Notes under the pieces: generated by a model
Told to the model about the DNA's origin: nothing
What the model saw: only the letters and a program-made list of their open reading frames with translations
The model's database searches: none
Shown: positions 8,312 to 17,462 of the stretch, in pieces
Numbering within the stretch: position 1 is the stretch's first letter
Layout of the letters: each line of letters opens with the position of its first letter
Position numbers and translations under genes: made by a program
Assembly (NCBI GenBank): GCA_037720745.1
Contig: JBBJNS010000002.1
Span: 1-53,104 of the forward strand
Direction of reading: 5' to 3'
DNA from: Candidatus Limnocylindrales bacterium
GTDB taxonomy: Bacteria > Chloroflexota > Limnocylindria > Limnocylindrales > CSP1-4
DNA: 53,104 nucleotides

Positions 8312-8983
8312 GTGACAGACGAACGACCAGGCCACGCACAGCAGGCCGAGACGCCGCCGAACCCACCGGACGTCTCGGTCGAGGAGATGGGCAGGGAGCT
8401 GTCAGGCGACCAGCTTGAGGGCCACCAGGTCGCCTACGTCCGGCAAAGTGAGATCGACGACCTGGGCACGATGCGCGACACGGCCATCTACGAGGGAGAG
8501 CTGGAAGCCGGCGTCCACGATGACCTGCCCACGGAGCCCGAAGCCGAGAACCTGGAGGATCTGACGGCGCTGGAGATGCGCGCCGGGGAAACCGCCAACC
8601 CGGATATCGCCGCCGAGGAGGGGCTGGCCTGGGTGCCGCCCATCGATCCGCCCGTCATCCCCAGTGAGGAGGATCCGCAGGGTCTGGAGGTGGCCGCTGG
8701 ATTCGGGGTGGACTCGCTGGCGGAGCCGTATGACGCCGATCACCACAGTGAAGCCGTGACGGACACGGACGACATGGAGGAGCGCATCCACGAAGCCCTG
8801 CGCGCCGATAGTGCCACAAGCGCGATGGCGCAGCGTATCCAGGTGGCTCTGCGGGGTGGCACGGTGATCCTGAGGGGCGAGGTCGAGGACCTCGTGGACA
8901 CGGACGAGGTCGTGGCCGTCGTCGAGCGGGTCACGGGCGTGACCGAGGTCATCGACGAGATCGAGGTCGCCGCGCTCGGCTGA
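8312..8983 (+). CDS. Acidic protein with C-terminal BON domain
   Basis: C-terminus ..RIQVALRGGTVILRGEVEDLVDTDEVVAVVERVTGVTEVIDEIEV is BON-like. GTG 8312 lies 6 nt after AGGAGAGGG. Confidence 0.7.
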   Translation: MTDERPGHAQQAETPPNPPDVSVEEMGRELSGDQLEGHQVAYVRQSEIDDLGTMRDTAIYEGELEAGVHDDLPTEPEAENLEDLTALEMRAGETANPDIAAEEGLAWVPPIDPPVIPSEEDPQGLEVAAGFGVDSLAEPYDADHHSEAVTDTDDMEERIHEALRADSATSAMAQRIQVALRGGTVILRGEVEDLVDTDEVVAVVERVTGVTEVIDEIEVAALG

Positions 8984-8992
8984 TCGTTGGCG

Positions 8993-9973
8993 CTAAGGGT
9001 GCGAGCGGTCGAGGAACGCCTGGGCGGCTTCGACGGTCGCGCTGATCGTCCTCTCGTCGGCGACGGGCAGCCACGTGACGTCAGGTTCGCCGCGGAACCA
9101 GGTGCGCTGCCGGCGCGCGTAGGCCCAGGTCCGTTGGGCGGTGGCCGCGACGGCGGCCTTCATCGACGAGCGACAGCTCAGGACTGCGAACGCCTCGCCG
9201 TATCCGATGGCGCTGAAAGGCGCGGCGCTGGACCCGTACCGCTCATGCAGGGCGCTGGCCTCTTCCAGGAGGCCGCCGGCGAACTGCGCAGTAGTGCGCC
9301 GGTCGATCATGGCACGGTGCAGCGTCGGGTCGGCGTACAACCCGAACCAGATGATGGGCCCGGGATATCCCACCGGCAGCGGCGACGGCCGGTCTCCCGT
9401 CGTGGCGACTCGCTCCAGTGCGCGCACCACGCGGCGAGGATTAGCCAGATCCGTGACGGCGGCCACGCCCGGCGCAGTGTCGCGAAGCTGTTTCGCGAGT
9501 GGCGATACACCGCCGGCCGCGAGTCTTGCCTCGAGTCCGGCGCGGATGGCTGGGTCGTGCCCCGTGTCACCCACGGGCACGCCCCGCGCGACGGCTCTGA
9601 GATACAACCCAGTGCCGCCGACCATGATAGCCACGGCGCTTTTCTGGGCGATCTTGGTCAACACATGGTGGGCGTGGCGCACATAGTCGACCACGCTGAA
9701 CGAATCGTCCGGATCGACCAGGTCCAGGCCGTGATGGGGCACGCGCCGGCGCATCTCCGCGTCGGCCTTGGCTGTGCCGATGTCCATGCCGCGGAAGACC
9801 TGACGCGAGTCGGCGCTGAGGATGTGCGCGTTACCGATCGCCTCGGCGAGCGCCAGCGAAAGGCGGGTCTTGCCTGTGGCTGTGGCGCCGCAGATGACGA
9901 TGAGCGGCGGCGCCACAGTCAGCGTCGTCCGGGGCCCCGAGACGAGCGCGTCAGACGGCGATGCTTCCGGCAA
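8993..9973 (-). CDS. miaA: tRNA dimethylallyltransferase
   Basis: P-loop ICGATATGKT, then LSADSRQVFRGMDIGTAKA and VPHHGLDLVDP. Overlaps the miaB 3' end by 23 nt. Confidence 0.9.
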   Translation of the reverse strand: MPEASPSDALVSGPRTTLTVAPPLIVICGATATGKTRLSLALAEAIGNAHILSADSRQVFRGMDIGTAKADAEMRRRVPHHGLDLVDPDDSFSVVDYVRHAHHVLTKIAQKSAVAIMVGGTGLYLRAVARGVPVGDTGHDPAIRAGLEARLAAGGVSPLAKQLRDTAPGVAAVTDLANPRRVVRALERVATTGDRPSPLPVGYPGPIIWFGLYADPTLHRAMIDRRTTAQFAGGLLEEASALHERYGSSAAPFSAIGYGEAFAVLSCRSSMKAAVAATAQRTWAYARRQRTWFRGEPDVTWLPVADERTISATVEAAQAFLDRSHP

Positions 9974-11582
9974 GCGCGTAGGGCCCGGTCCGCTCGATGG
10001 TCACCGCCACGCGCCGACCGACCAGGTCCGGCGAGCCGGTGAGGTGCACCAGCCGATGCTCCCGGTTCCGCCCGGTCAGGCGGGATCCCGGCGTCTCGGT
10101 CGATGAGGTGCCCGCGGGTCCCTGTCCGCTGGCGTGGCCGTGCGACTTCTCTTCGCGGACGCCATCAAAGAGCACTTCCGTGGTGCGGCCCAGCCAGGCG
10201 GCGTTGCGAGCGGTGCTGATGCGTTCCTGGAGATCCAGCAGACGGTTCAGGCGAGCGCGCTTCTCGGCGGGCGGCACGTCGTCTAGGAGTCGCGCGGCGG
10301 GTGTGCCCGGCCGGACGCTGAAGGCCGCCGCGAAGACCTGGTCGAAGCCGACGCGTTCCAACAGCGCCAGTGTGTTCTCGAATGCCGCCTCGCTCTCACC
10401 GCTGAAGCCGCAGATGACGTCCGTGGACAGGCTGATACCCGGGATCGAGCTGCGCAGCCGCTCGACGAGCGAGAGATAGGCGTCCGCCGTGTACTGGCGG
10501 CCCATGCGGCGCAGGACGCCGTCGTCGCCCGATTGGACCGGCAGGTGCAGGTGCTCGCAGACCGATGGACAGTCGGCCATGGCAGCGATGAGTCGGTCGG
10601 TCAGGTCCCAGGGATGCGAGGTCACGAAGCGCAGGCGTGAGATGGCCGGTACGCCGTCCACGGTGCGGATGCCATCGATGGCCCGCAGGAGGGCGGCCAT
10701 GTCCGGCCGGCCTTGGAGGTCCAGGTCCCGGCCGAGCCGGCGCTGTTCCCCGACCTCGGCGAAGCGCGCCTCTGGCGGCAGGTCGTGGCCGTATGAGTTG
10801 ACGTTCTGTCCGAGCAGCGTCACTTCCTGGTAGCCGGCCGCCGCCAGGCTGCGCGCCTCCTCTACGATCTGATCGAAGGGCCGGCTCCGCTCCGGACCCC
10901 GCGAGAAGGGCACGATGCAGTAGGTGCAGGTCTTGTCGCAGCCGTAGATGATGGGCAGCCAGGCGCTGATGGCGCTGCTTCGGGCCACGGTCTCAGTGGC
11001 TACGGCCGCTGCGCGCGATCCCGGCAGCCGGTCCGCGGTGGCGGCGGTCCCCCGACCGACGCGCGCGAACGATGGGCCGCTCAATCCGCCCGGCGTGGTG
11101 AAGCCGGCCAGCCCGAGGCGCGCCGTGAGCTCGGGCTCCTCGTCCGGGCGCAGGAAGAGGTCCACCTGGGGATAGCGGCGTGGCATGTCCACGGTCTCGT
11201 CGGCGCGCACCGAGCAGCCGGTCAGGACGATGCGCAACGCCGGGTTGGCGGCCTTCAGCCGCGCGAGCACGCCCATGCGGCCGATGATCTTCTGCTCAGC
11301 TGCCTCGCGGATGGCACAGCTATTGATGACGATGAGGTCGGCGTCGTCCATACCTGTCGCCTCCGAGCAGCCCGAGGCCAGCAGCGCGCCGGCCATCTCC
11401 TCCGAGTCGGAGCGGTTCATCTGGCAACCGAGCGTCCAGACGTGGAAGCGCGGCAGGACGGTGTCTTCCGTGGCGAACTCGGCGACCTGGGCGTCGGGGA
11501 TGGGCGCGAGGCGGGGAATGGCCGCCCGCTCTGGCGCGGCAGTCGGGGCGCTTGTCACATCGAGCATTGGCAGGTTGCGCAC
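9951..11582 (-). CDS. miaB: tRNA-2-methylthio-N6-dimethylallyladenosine synthase (radical SAM methylthiotransferase)
   Basis: FHVWTLGCQMN (N-terminal cluster), CDKTCTYCIVP (radical SAM CxxxCxxC), C-terminal TRAM-like region. Start is GTG 11582 or ATG 11567. Confidence 0.9.
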   Translation of the reverse strand: MRNLPMLDVTSAPTAAPERAAIPRLAPIPDAQVAEFATEDTVLPRFHVWTLGCQMNRSDSEEMAGALLASGCSEATGMDDADLIVINSCAIREAAEQKIIGRMGVLARLKAANPALRIVLTGCSVRADETVDMPRRYPQVDLFLRPDEEPELTARLGLAGFTTPGGLSGPSFARVGRGTAATADRLPGSRAAAVATETVARSSAISAWLPIIYGCDKTCTYCIVPFSRGPERSRPFDQIVEEARSLAAAGYQEVTLLGQNVNSYGHDLPPEARFAEVGEQRRLGRDLDLQGRPDMAALLRAIDGIRTVDGVPAISRLRFVTSHPWDLTDRLIAAMADCPSVCEHLHLPVQSGDDGVLRRMGRQYTADAYLSLVERLRSSIPGISLSTDVICGFSGESEAAFENTLALLERVGFDQVFAAAFSVRPGTPAARLLDDVPPAEKRARLNRLLDLQERISTARNAAWLGRTTEVLFDGVREEKSHGHASGQGPAGTSSTETPGSRLTGRNREHRLVHLTGSPDLVGRRVAVTIERTGPYALAGSIAV

Positions 11583-11584
11583 GT

Positions 11585-12505
11585 TCAGCGGATCTCCGCA
11601 TGAACCCTAGAGATGGCCTCGAGCAGCCGCTCGGCAGCCTCCCCCGGGACCCAGGTCTCTGCTTGCGCCTCGGCATAGTCCATCGTGTCGCCATGGTAGT
11701 CGCTGCCCCCGGTGGCCAGCAGCGCGCGCTCCGCCGCGAAGGTCGCCATGCGTGCCACGATCTCCGGCAGGAACGTGCGGTAGTACACCTCCAGCCCAGC
11801 CAGTCCCCAGCCCTGGAGTTCCGCGATGACCTCCGGTCGGTCCGGTGCGGCGGGTGAGTGAGCCAACACCGGAAGGCCGCCGGCTTCGCGGATGGCTTCG
11901 ATGGCGTCGCGAGGCCCCAGTCCCTCGCGCGGCACGTAGCACGGGCGGCCGTGGTCGATCCAGCGTGCGAAGGCGTCGTCCACGGAGTCGGCATGGCCGG
12001 CCAGGATCAGGGCACGGGCGATATGGGGCCGGCCAAGCGCGTCGTGGCCGGTGGGACCGACGGCGGCCAGGATGTGCGGCAGTTGCTCGTCGATGGACGC
12101 ACCGTGGCGACGCAGGCACTCCACCGTGGCCTCGAGGCGGACGCGCCGGCCGTCCCGCTGGCGCGCCAGCCGCGACTCGAAGACAGCATCGTCCGGATCC
12201 ATGCCGAAGCCCAGGATGTGCAGCTCCTCGCCATCGCGGCCCATGCCGTGACGGCGAAGCACGGACCCAGCCAGCGTGTTGATCTCCACGGCCGGGATGA
12301 GCTGGGGGCCGTTCGGGGAGGGTCGCTCGCCCAGGCCGGCGGCGCGCAGCTCACGGTAGCCGGCCAGCGTGTCGTGGTCGGAGAGGGCCACCACGCGCAT
12401 CCCGAAGCGCGTCATGCGGGCGTAGAGGTCGGCTGGTTCCAGCACGCCGTCCGAGCGGCGGCTGTGCGTGTGCAGGTCGACCCGGTTCGGCCGTCGGGAG
12501 GTCAC
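11585..12505 (-). CDS. PHP-domain metal-dependent phosphoesterase (TrpH/YciV-like)
   Basis: VDLHTHSRRSDG..VALSDHDTLAGY..AHP motifs of the PHP family. GTG start at 12505. Confidence 0.85.
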   Translation of the reverse strand: MTSRRPNRVDLHTHSRRSDGVLEPADLYARMTRFGMRVVALSDHDTLAGYRELRAAGLGERPSPNGPQLIPAVEINTLAGSVLRRHGMGRDGEELHILGFGMDPDDAVFESRLARQRDGRRVRLEATVECLRRHGASIDEQLPHILAAVGPTGHDALGRPHIARALILAGHADSVDDAFARWIDHGRPCYVPREGLGPRDAIEAIREAGGLPVLAHSPAAPDRPEVIAELQGWGLAGLEVYYRTFLPEIVARMATFAAERALLATGGSDYHGDTMDYAEAQAETWVPGEAAERLLEAISRVHAEIR

Positions 12506-12552
12506 GCGTCGAGCGCGATCACGCGTCGAACTCGATCACGCGTCCAGCAGGC
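12502..12552. repeat. 17-bp tandem repeat (about 2.6 copies) spanning the ymdB stop / PHP-gene start junction
   Basis: tcacgcgtcgagcgcga / tcacgcgtcgaactcga / tcacgcgtccagcaggc, at 12502, 12519 and 12536. Each unit begins with TCAC, which is GTGA on the coding strand. Confidence 0.75.
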
Positions 12553-13402
12553 GGCTGATGCGCTGCAACGCGAGGGTCGCCCCCGACAAGGTGTCGATGT
12601 CGATCTGGAGCGCGTTGAAGATGACCGCTCCAGAACCGACCTCGAAGCGCGTCGGCAGACCGGTCAGGAAGCGGGGCAGCACGGTGGCCGGCGCGAAGCC
12701 GATGACCGAGTCGATGGGACCGGTCATGCCCAGGTCGCTGACGTAGCCCGTGCCGCGCGGCATGATCCGCTCATCAGCCGTGGGAACGTGGGTGTGAGTG
12801 CCCACCACAGCGCTGACGCGGCCGTCCAGATGGACGCCGAAGGCGGTCTTCTCGCTGGTCAGCTCACAGTGGAAGTCGACCAGCCGGACCGGGGGCAGCT
12901 CCGTGGCGCCCTCCTCGAGCAGGCGATCCAAGGTAAGGAACGGGTTCTCGATGGGCTGCATGTACGTCCGCCCCTGAGCGTTGATGACGGCTATCTCCGT
13001 GCCCTGCGCCGCGTGGAAGAGGCCCCAGCCGTGTCCGGGCACGTCCTGCTCGCCGTAGTTCAGGGGCCGCAGGATGCGCGGCTCGCGCTCAAGCTCGGGG
13101 TAGATCTCGCGTTTGTCCCAGATGTGGTTGCCGCTCGTGATGACGTCGACACCGGCACCGAACATGGCCTGCGCCGTGGAGACCGTGAGGCCCATGCCGC
13201 CCGCCACGTTCTCGCCGTTCGCCACCACGAAGTCGATGGATCGCTCCATGCGCAGGTCGGCCAGGGTGCGCTCGATGGCCTGACGGCCGGGTTTCCCGAT
13301 GAGGTCCCCGATCATCAGCACGCGGACGGTGTTCGGCGCAGGGCTGGGCGGCGGGATCGGGAGTCGGTCGGCAGCCTGGACCTCCGCTACCGGCCGACTC
13401 AC
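12536..13402 (-). CDS. ymdB: YmdB-family metallophosphoesterase (2',3'-cyclic-nucleotide 2'-phosphodiesterase)
   Basis: VLMIGDLIGKPGR..DFVVANGENVAGGMGL..TSGNHIWD..GTHTHVPT. Position directly after rny, as in Bacillus. The start (GTG 13402) is uncertain and the conserved core begins about 27 codons later. Confidence 0.85.
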   Translation of the reverse strand: MSRPVAEVQAADRLPIPPPSPAPNTVRVLMIGDLIGKPGRQAIERTLADLRMERSIDFVVANGENVAGGMGLTVSTAQAMFGAGVDVITSGNHIWDKREIYPELEREPRILRPLNYGEQDVPGHGWGLFHAAQGTEIAVINAQGRTYMQPIENPFLTLDRLLEEGATELPPVRLVDFHCELTSEKTAFGVHLDGRVSAVVGTHTHVPTADERIMPRGTGYVSDLGMTGPIDSVIGFAPATVLPRFLTGLPTRFEVGSGAVIFNALQIDIDTLSGATLALQRISRLLDA

Positions 13403-13407
13403 CCCGG

Positions 13408-14940
13408 CTACTTGGCGTACTCCACGGCGCGGGTCTCGCGGATGACGGTGACCTTGATCTGGCCCGGGTAGGTCAGCGACTCCTCGATCTTGCGCACGAT
13501 GTCGCGTGCCAGGCGCATCGAGGCAAGGTCGTCGATCTCCTCGGGACGGACCAGGATGCGCACCTCGCGACCGGCTTGGACGGCGAACGACTTCTCCACG
13601 CCCGGGAAGGAGTCGGCGATCTGCTGAAGGTCCTCCAGGCGCTTGACGTAAGCGTCCATGGATTCGCCTCGCGCACCGGGCCGGCTGGCACTGATGGCGT
13701 CGGCGATCTGCACGATGGGCGCCTCCACGCAGGCGTATTCCACTTCTTGGTGGTGGGCGGCGATGGCGTTGACGATCTTCATGGGCAGGTTGTGGCGCTG
13801 GGCGATCACCGCACCGATGGCCGCGTGCGGACCTTCCACCTCATGGTCCACGGCCTTGCCGATGTCGTGCAGCAGGCCTCCGATCTTGGCGATCTGGACG
13901 TCCGCGCCGACCTCGCCGGCGATGACCGCCGCCAGTCGCGCGGTCTCCATCACGTGCTTGAGGACGTTCTGCCCGTAGCTCGTGCGGTACTTGAGACGGC
14001 CCAGCAGCTTGATGATCTCCGGCGGCAAGCCGGGCACGCCCGTGTCGTAGGCGGCCGCTTCGCCGGCCTGACGCATGGTCAGATCGACCTCCGCAGCGGC
14101 CTTGGCAACGACTTCCTCGATCCGTCCCGGGTGGATGCGTCCGTCCTGGATGAGCTTGGTGAGGGCCAGTCGCGCGACTTCGCGACGGACCGGATCGAAA
14201 CCGCTGATGAGGACCGATTCCGGCGTGTCGTCGATGATCAGATCGATGCCGGTGGCCTGTTCGAGGGCGCGGATGTTGCGCCCTTCGCGGCCGATGATGC
14301 GGCCCTTCATCTCGTCTGACGGGATGGGCACGACCGAGACGGTCATCTCTGCGGTGTGGTCGACCATCACGCGCTGGATGGCCGTCACGACCACGTCACG
14401 GGCGCGCTCCTCAGCCTCTTCGCGGGCCTTGCGCTCGATGGCGCGAGCCAGCTTCACGGCGTCATGGTCGGCCTGTTCGCGCACAGCGTCCAACAGGCTG
14501 GCACGCGCTTCCTCGACGGACATCTGACCGACGGCCTCGAGCGCGGCGATCTGGTCCTGGCGGGCGCTCGAGAGTTCGTCACGCTTCGTCTCGAGCTCCT
14601 GCTCCTTGCCCAGAAGCTTGCGATTGCGCTCCTCCAACATGTCCGTGCGCTGGTCCAGCTGCTCATCTCGCTGGAGCAGTCTCCGCTCAAGATTCGCCAA
14701 GTCGGCGCGTTTCGCGCGGGCCTCTTCCTCAGTCTCACGCTGGAGGCGCACCTGCTCGTCCTTGGCCTGAAGGATCAGATCCTTCTGCTGGGTCCGTGCT
14801 TCGGCCACGATCCGGCCGGCCTTCTCCTGGGCCGCCTTGATCGACTGAGCGGCCCACAGGCCGCGCGCGAGGAATCCCAGCACAAGCCCGCCCGCCACAG
14901 CCACGATGGCCACGAGCACGACCGTCTCGTTCATGTTCAC
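13408..14940 (-). CDS. rny: Ribonuclease Y
   Basis: N-terminal membrane anchor, coiled-coil, KH (..[13 protein letters not shown]..), HD domain (..[12 protein letters not shown]..). Ends in the characteristic ..[13 protein letters not shown]. Confidence 0.95.
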   Translation of the reverse strand: MNMNETVVLVAIVAVAGGLVLGFLARGLWAAQSIKAAQEKAGRIVAEARTQQKDLILQAKDEQVRLQRETEEEARAKRADLANLERRLLQRDEQLDQRTDMLEERNRKLLGKEQELETKRDELSSARQDQIAALEAVGQMSVEEARASLLDAVREQADHDAVKLARAIERKAREEAEERARDVVVTAIQRVMVDHTAEMTVSVVPIPSDEMKGRIIGREGRNIRALEQATGIDLIIDDTPESVLISGFDPVRREVARLALTKLIQDGRIHPGRIEEVVAKAAAEVDLTMRQAGEAAAYDTGVPGLPPEIIKLLGRLKYRTSYGQNVLKHVMETARLAAVIAGEVGADVQIAKIGGLLHDIGKAVDHEVEGPHAAIGAVIAQRHNLPMKIVNAIAAHHQEVEYACVEAPIVQIADAISASRPGARGESMDAYVKRLEDLQQIADSFPGVEKSFAVQAGREVRILVRPEEIDDLASMRLARDIVRKIEESLTYPGQIKVTVIRETRAVEYAK

Positions 14941-15120
14941 TTGCCTCCCGTCCAGCGTCCGCTGGAGGTGTGTGGTGCGTTGTCGCGGTCCGAATCGCCT
15001 CGCTTCGGATACGGCCGCACAAGGTCGGTCGTGCCGAACGGGCAGAGGCCATTCTGTCGATCGCGGGTCGGGCAGCCCGGCCGTTGGGACGGGGAACGGC
15101 GCTGTACAGAGTCTCGCGGA

Positions 15121-15150
15121 AGCCTACTCGCGTCTCGCGCAGGGCGTCAA
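15121..15150 (-). promoter_or_regulatory. Candidate sigma-70-type promoter for rny
   Basis: On the minus strand, TTGACG (15150-15145), an 18-nt spacer, then TAGGCT (15126-15121). This would give a roughly 170-nt 5' UTR containing hairpins (CCAGCG-GA-CGCTGG just before the GGGAGG SD). Confidence 0.3.
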
Positions 15151-15227
15151 ACCGACCAGCGACGTGGGCCGATGGGTGCCATCCCACTCGGGAGAGATGG
15201 CTGCGTCGAAGTAGGGCAGGCGGCGGG

Positions 15228-15851
15228 TCAGTCGCGATCGGGGGTGTTCAGGTCACCGAACGCGGCGCTCGCCTCCTGGCATACCTGAGGGTCGAAGCCG
15301 TTGCGGGCAAGCAGCGCGTAAGCCCGCTGCCTCCTCTTGCGAGGATCGGGTTCGCGGTCCAGGGCAGCGCGGCGCCGCGCGAGAAGACGTTCCGCGGCAG
15401 CGTGATCGACGGAGATCCTATCGCCCGGGGGCTGATCGCCGTCGCCCGAGGGCTGATGATCGCCAAATCGGCGACCGCTCTGCCCTACCCCCGAAGAGGG
15501 GTCCTCCGTACGCGCGGCCAGGACCGCAGCGATGGTGTCGCGCTCGATGCCCTTCAGGATCAGTTCGCGGCGAAGCGCACTCTCACCGCGCGGCCGGGAC
15601 CTGTCGCGGCTCTCCACCCAGGCCCGCGCGAATGTAGCGTCGTCGAGGTACTGCATGGTCAGCAGCCGCTCGATGACACCGTCCACCATCTCCGCCCGGT
15701 AGCCAAGCTGCGTCAGGCGACGCCGCGTCTCTTGGACCGAGCGTGGCCGCACGGCGAGGAAGGTGGCAGCCGCCTCCATGACGACCTCGGGGTCGTCCAC
15801 CTCGGCCCTGCGGGCCCGCCGCTCGGCCGGATCGACATACCTACGAGGCAC
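15228..15851 (-). CDS. recX: Recombination regulator RecX
   Basis: ..RRRLTQLGYRAEMVDGVIERLLTMQYLDDATFARAWVESR.. is a RecX repeat signature. Start set to GTG 15851, which overlaps the preceding ORF's end by 11 nt. The upstream part of the ORF-track call is Ser/Arg-rich and overlaps that ORF. Confidence 0.8.
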   Translation of the reverse strand: MPRRYVDPAERRARRAEVDDPEVVMEAAATFLAVRPRSVQETRRRLTQLGYRAEMVDGVIERLLTMQYLDDATFARAWVESRDRSRPRGESALRRELILKGIERDTIAAVLAARTEDPSSGVGQSGRRFGDHQPSGDGDQPPGDRISVDHAAAERLLARRRAALDREPDPRKRRQRAYALLARNGFDPQVCQEASAAFGDLNTPDRD

Positions 15852-16167
15852 GGCGAGACGGCTCGATGAGCGCCCAGACCTCCATGGCCACGGTGTCGAG
15901 GCCGGGAGGCTCCTCCCCGAACCACTCCGCGAAGACCTCGTGCACGATCCGCATGACATCCTGAGGAGAGGCGGCTCCTCCCAGGCCGGTCACGATGACA
16001 GTCGCTTCGGGGTCGTACTCGTCGAACGGACCCAACTCGGGATCGATCTCGTCGGGAGCGAGGCCCATCGGATCGTGACGCTCCAGGATCGCGGCGACCT
16101 CGTCGTACAGCGCGTCGTACCGGGCGCGCCGCATCGCGCTCGACGGCCGTCCCGGGCGGATGGTCAC
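15841..16167 (-). CDS. Small acidic hypothetical protein (108 aa) between recA and recX
   Basis: ATG 16167 overlaps the recA stop (ATGA). High GC3 and ordinary composition (..[42 protein letters not shown]..). It loosely recalls DUF1871/YugE-like small proteins, from memory only. Confidence 0.65.
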   Translation of the reverse strand: MTIRPGRPSSAMRRARYDALYDEVAAILERHDPMGLAPDEIDPELGPFDEYDPEATVIVTGLGGAASPQDVMRIVHEVFAEWFGEEPPGLDTVAMEVWALIEPSRRAS

Positions 16168-17249
16168 TCCGCTTCGGAGATGCCCTCGACGGGGACCTCG
16201 ATGGTGGCTACCTTGCCGCGGATCTCGGTCTCGAGCTGCTGGGTCACGTCGCGGTTCTGGCGCAGGAACTCCTTGGCCTGCTCACGACCCTGCCCCAGCC
16301 GCACATCACCGTAGGTGAACCAGGCGCCGGTCTTGGTCACCACGTCCGAGGCGACGCCGACATCCAGCAGGCCACCTTCCTTGGAGATGCCCTCGCCGTA
16401 CATCACGTCGAACTCGGCCTGGCGGAATGGTGCCGCGACCTTATTCTTGACGACCTTCACCCGGACGCGGCTGCCGATCGAGTCGGTGCCCGACTTGAGC
16501 GTCTCGATGCGCCGAATGTCGAGGCGGACGCTGGCGTAGAACTTGAGGGCGCGACCGCCAGGCGTGGTCTCTGGGTTGCCGAACATCACGCCGATCTTCT
16601 CGCGCAACTGGTTGGTGAACACGAGTGCCGTGTTGGAGCGGCTCACGGCCCCGGTCAGCTTGCGCAGGGCCTGGCTCATGAGGCGCGCCTGGATGCCCAT
16701 GAAGGAGTCGCCCATCTCGCCTTCGATCTCAGCGCGTGGCACCAGCGCCGCCACCGAGTCGAGGACCACGCAGTCCACGCCGCCCGATCGGATGAGGGTC
16801 TCGGTGATCTCCAGGGCCTGCTCGCCGGTGTCCGGCTGGCTGACCAAGAGTTCATCCACATTGACGCCGCAGGCCCGCGCGTAGGTCGGGTCCAGCGCGT
16901 GCTCCACATCGATGAAGGCGACCGTGCCGCCCTTCTTCTGAGCCTCGGCCAGGACGTGCTGGCAGAGCGTCGTCTTGCCCGACGATTCGGGGCCGAAGAT
17001 CTCCGTGATACGGCCACGCGGCAGGCCTCCCACACCCAGCGCGAGGTCCAGTGCGATGGCGCCCGTCGAGATGGCCTCGACCTGCTGCCGCTCGGACGAG
17101 CCCAGCTTCATTATCGAACCAAGCCCGAACTGCTTCTCGATCGAGAGGATGGCCGCGTCGACCGCCTTGCTGCGCTCTCCGCTGGCCCGTTCCGTCCGAT
17201 CCGCGCCGTTGCGATCCGTGCCGGTCCGCCCGGCCCCTGTGATGGTCAT
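16164..17249 (-). CDS. recA: Recombinase RecA
   Basis: [10 protein letters not shown] (Walker A), [19 protein letters not shown], full-length RecA core. About 25-aa N-terminal extension. Confidence 0.97.
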   Translation of the reverse strand: MTITGAGRTGTDRNGADRTERASGERSKAVDAAILSIEKQFGLGSIMKLGSSERQQVEAISTGAIALDLALGVGGLPRGRITEIFGPESSGKTTLCQHVLAEAQKKGGTVAFIDVEHALDPTYARACGVNVDELLVSQPDTGEQALEITETLIRSGGVDCVVLDSVAALVPRAEIEGEMGDSFMGIQARLMSQALRKLTGAVSRSNTALVFTNQLREKIGVMFGNPETTPGGRALKFYASVRLDIRRIETLKSGTDSIGSRVRVKVVKNKVAAPFRQAEFDVMYGEGISKEGGLLDVGVASDVVTKTGAWFTYGDVRLGQGREQAKEFLRQNRDVTQQLETEIRGKVATIEVPVEGISEAE

Positions 17250-17294
17250 GCCTGGTCCTCCTTCGAGGCTACGACCGAGGACCGGCTGAGACGC

Positions 17295-17462
17295 CTATCC
17301 TTCGCCCGATCCCTCGTCGACCTCGTGCCGCGGCTTGCGCTTCGGCTTGATGATCTCCACCGATTGGGGGGGAGAGTCGAGCAGGGATTCGAGCTTGGGC
17401 TTGGCGCTCGCGGCCTTCGGCTTCTTCTTCGTTTCGCGGCGGGCGGGGACTCTGCCTGCCAT
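17295..17462 (-). CDS. Small lysine-rich hypothetical protein (55 aa) upstream of recA
   Basis: MAGRVPARRETKKKPKAASAKPKLESLLDSPPQSVEIIKPKRKPRHEVDEGSGEG. Hand-counted GC3 is 46/55. GGAGG lies 11 nt before ATG 17462. The stop is 45 nt before the recA ATG. No family recognised. Confidence 0.4.
   Translation of the reverse strand: MAGRVPARRETKKKPKAASAKPKLESLLDSPPQSVEIIKPKRKPRHEVDEGSGEG

Noticed and set aside
11858-13471. 537-aa plus-strand ORF
   Set aside because: It is entirely antisense to the recognisable PHP-phosphoesterase and ymdB genes. Its composition is dominated by R/G/A/H/D/V, typical of out-of-frame reading in high-GC DNA, and no motif was recognised. The same reasoning applies to 1935-3056(-), 5025-5927(-), 14356-15288(+), 20730-21893(+), 29244-30671(-), 30968-32221(-), 35376-36473(+), 36485-37516(-), 37796-38806(-), 48467-49660(+) and 50876-52786(+).
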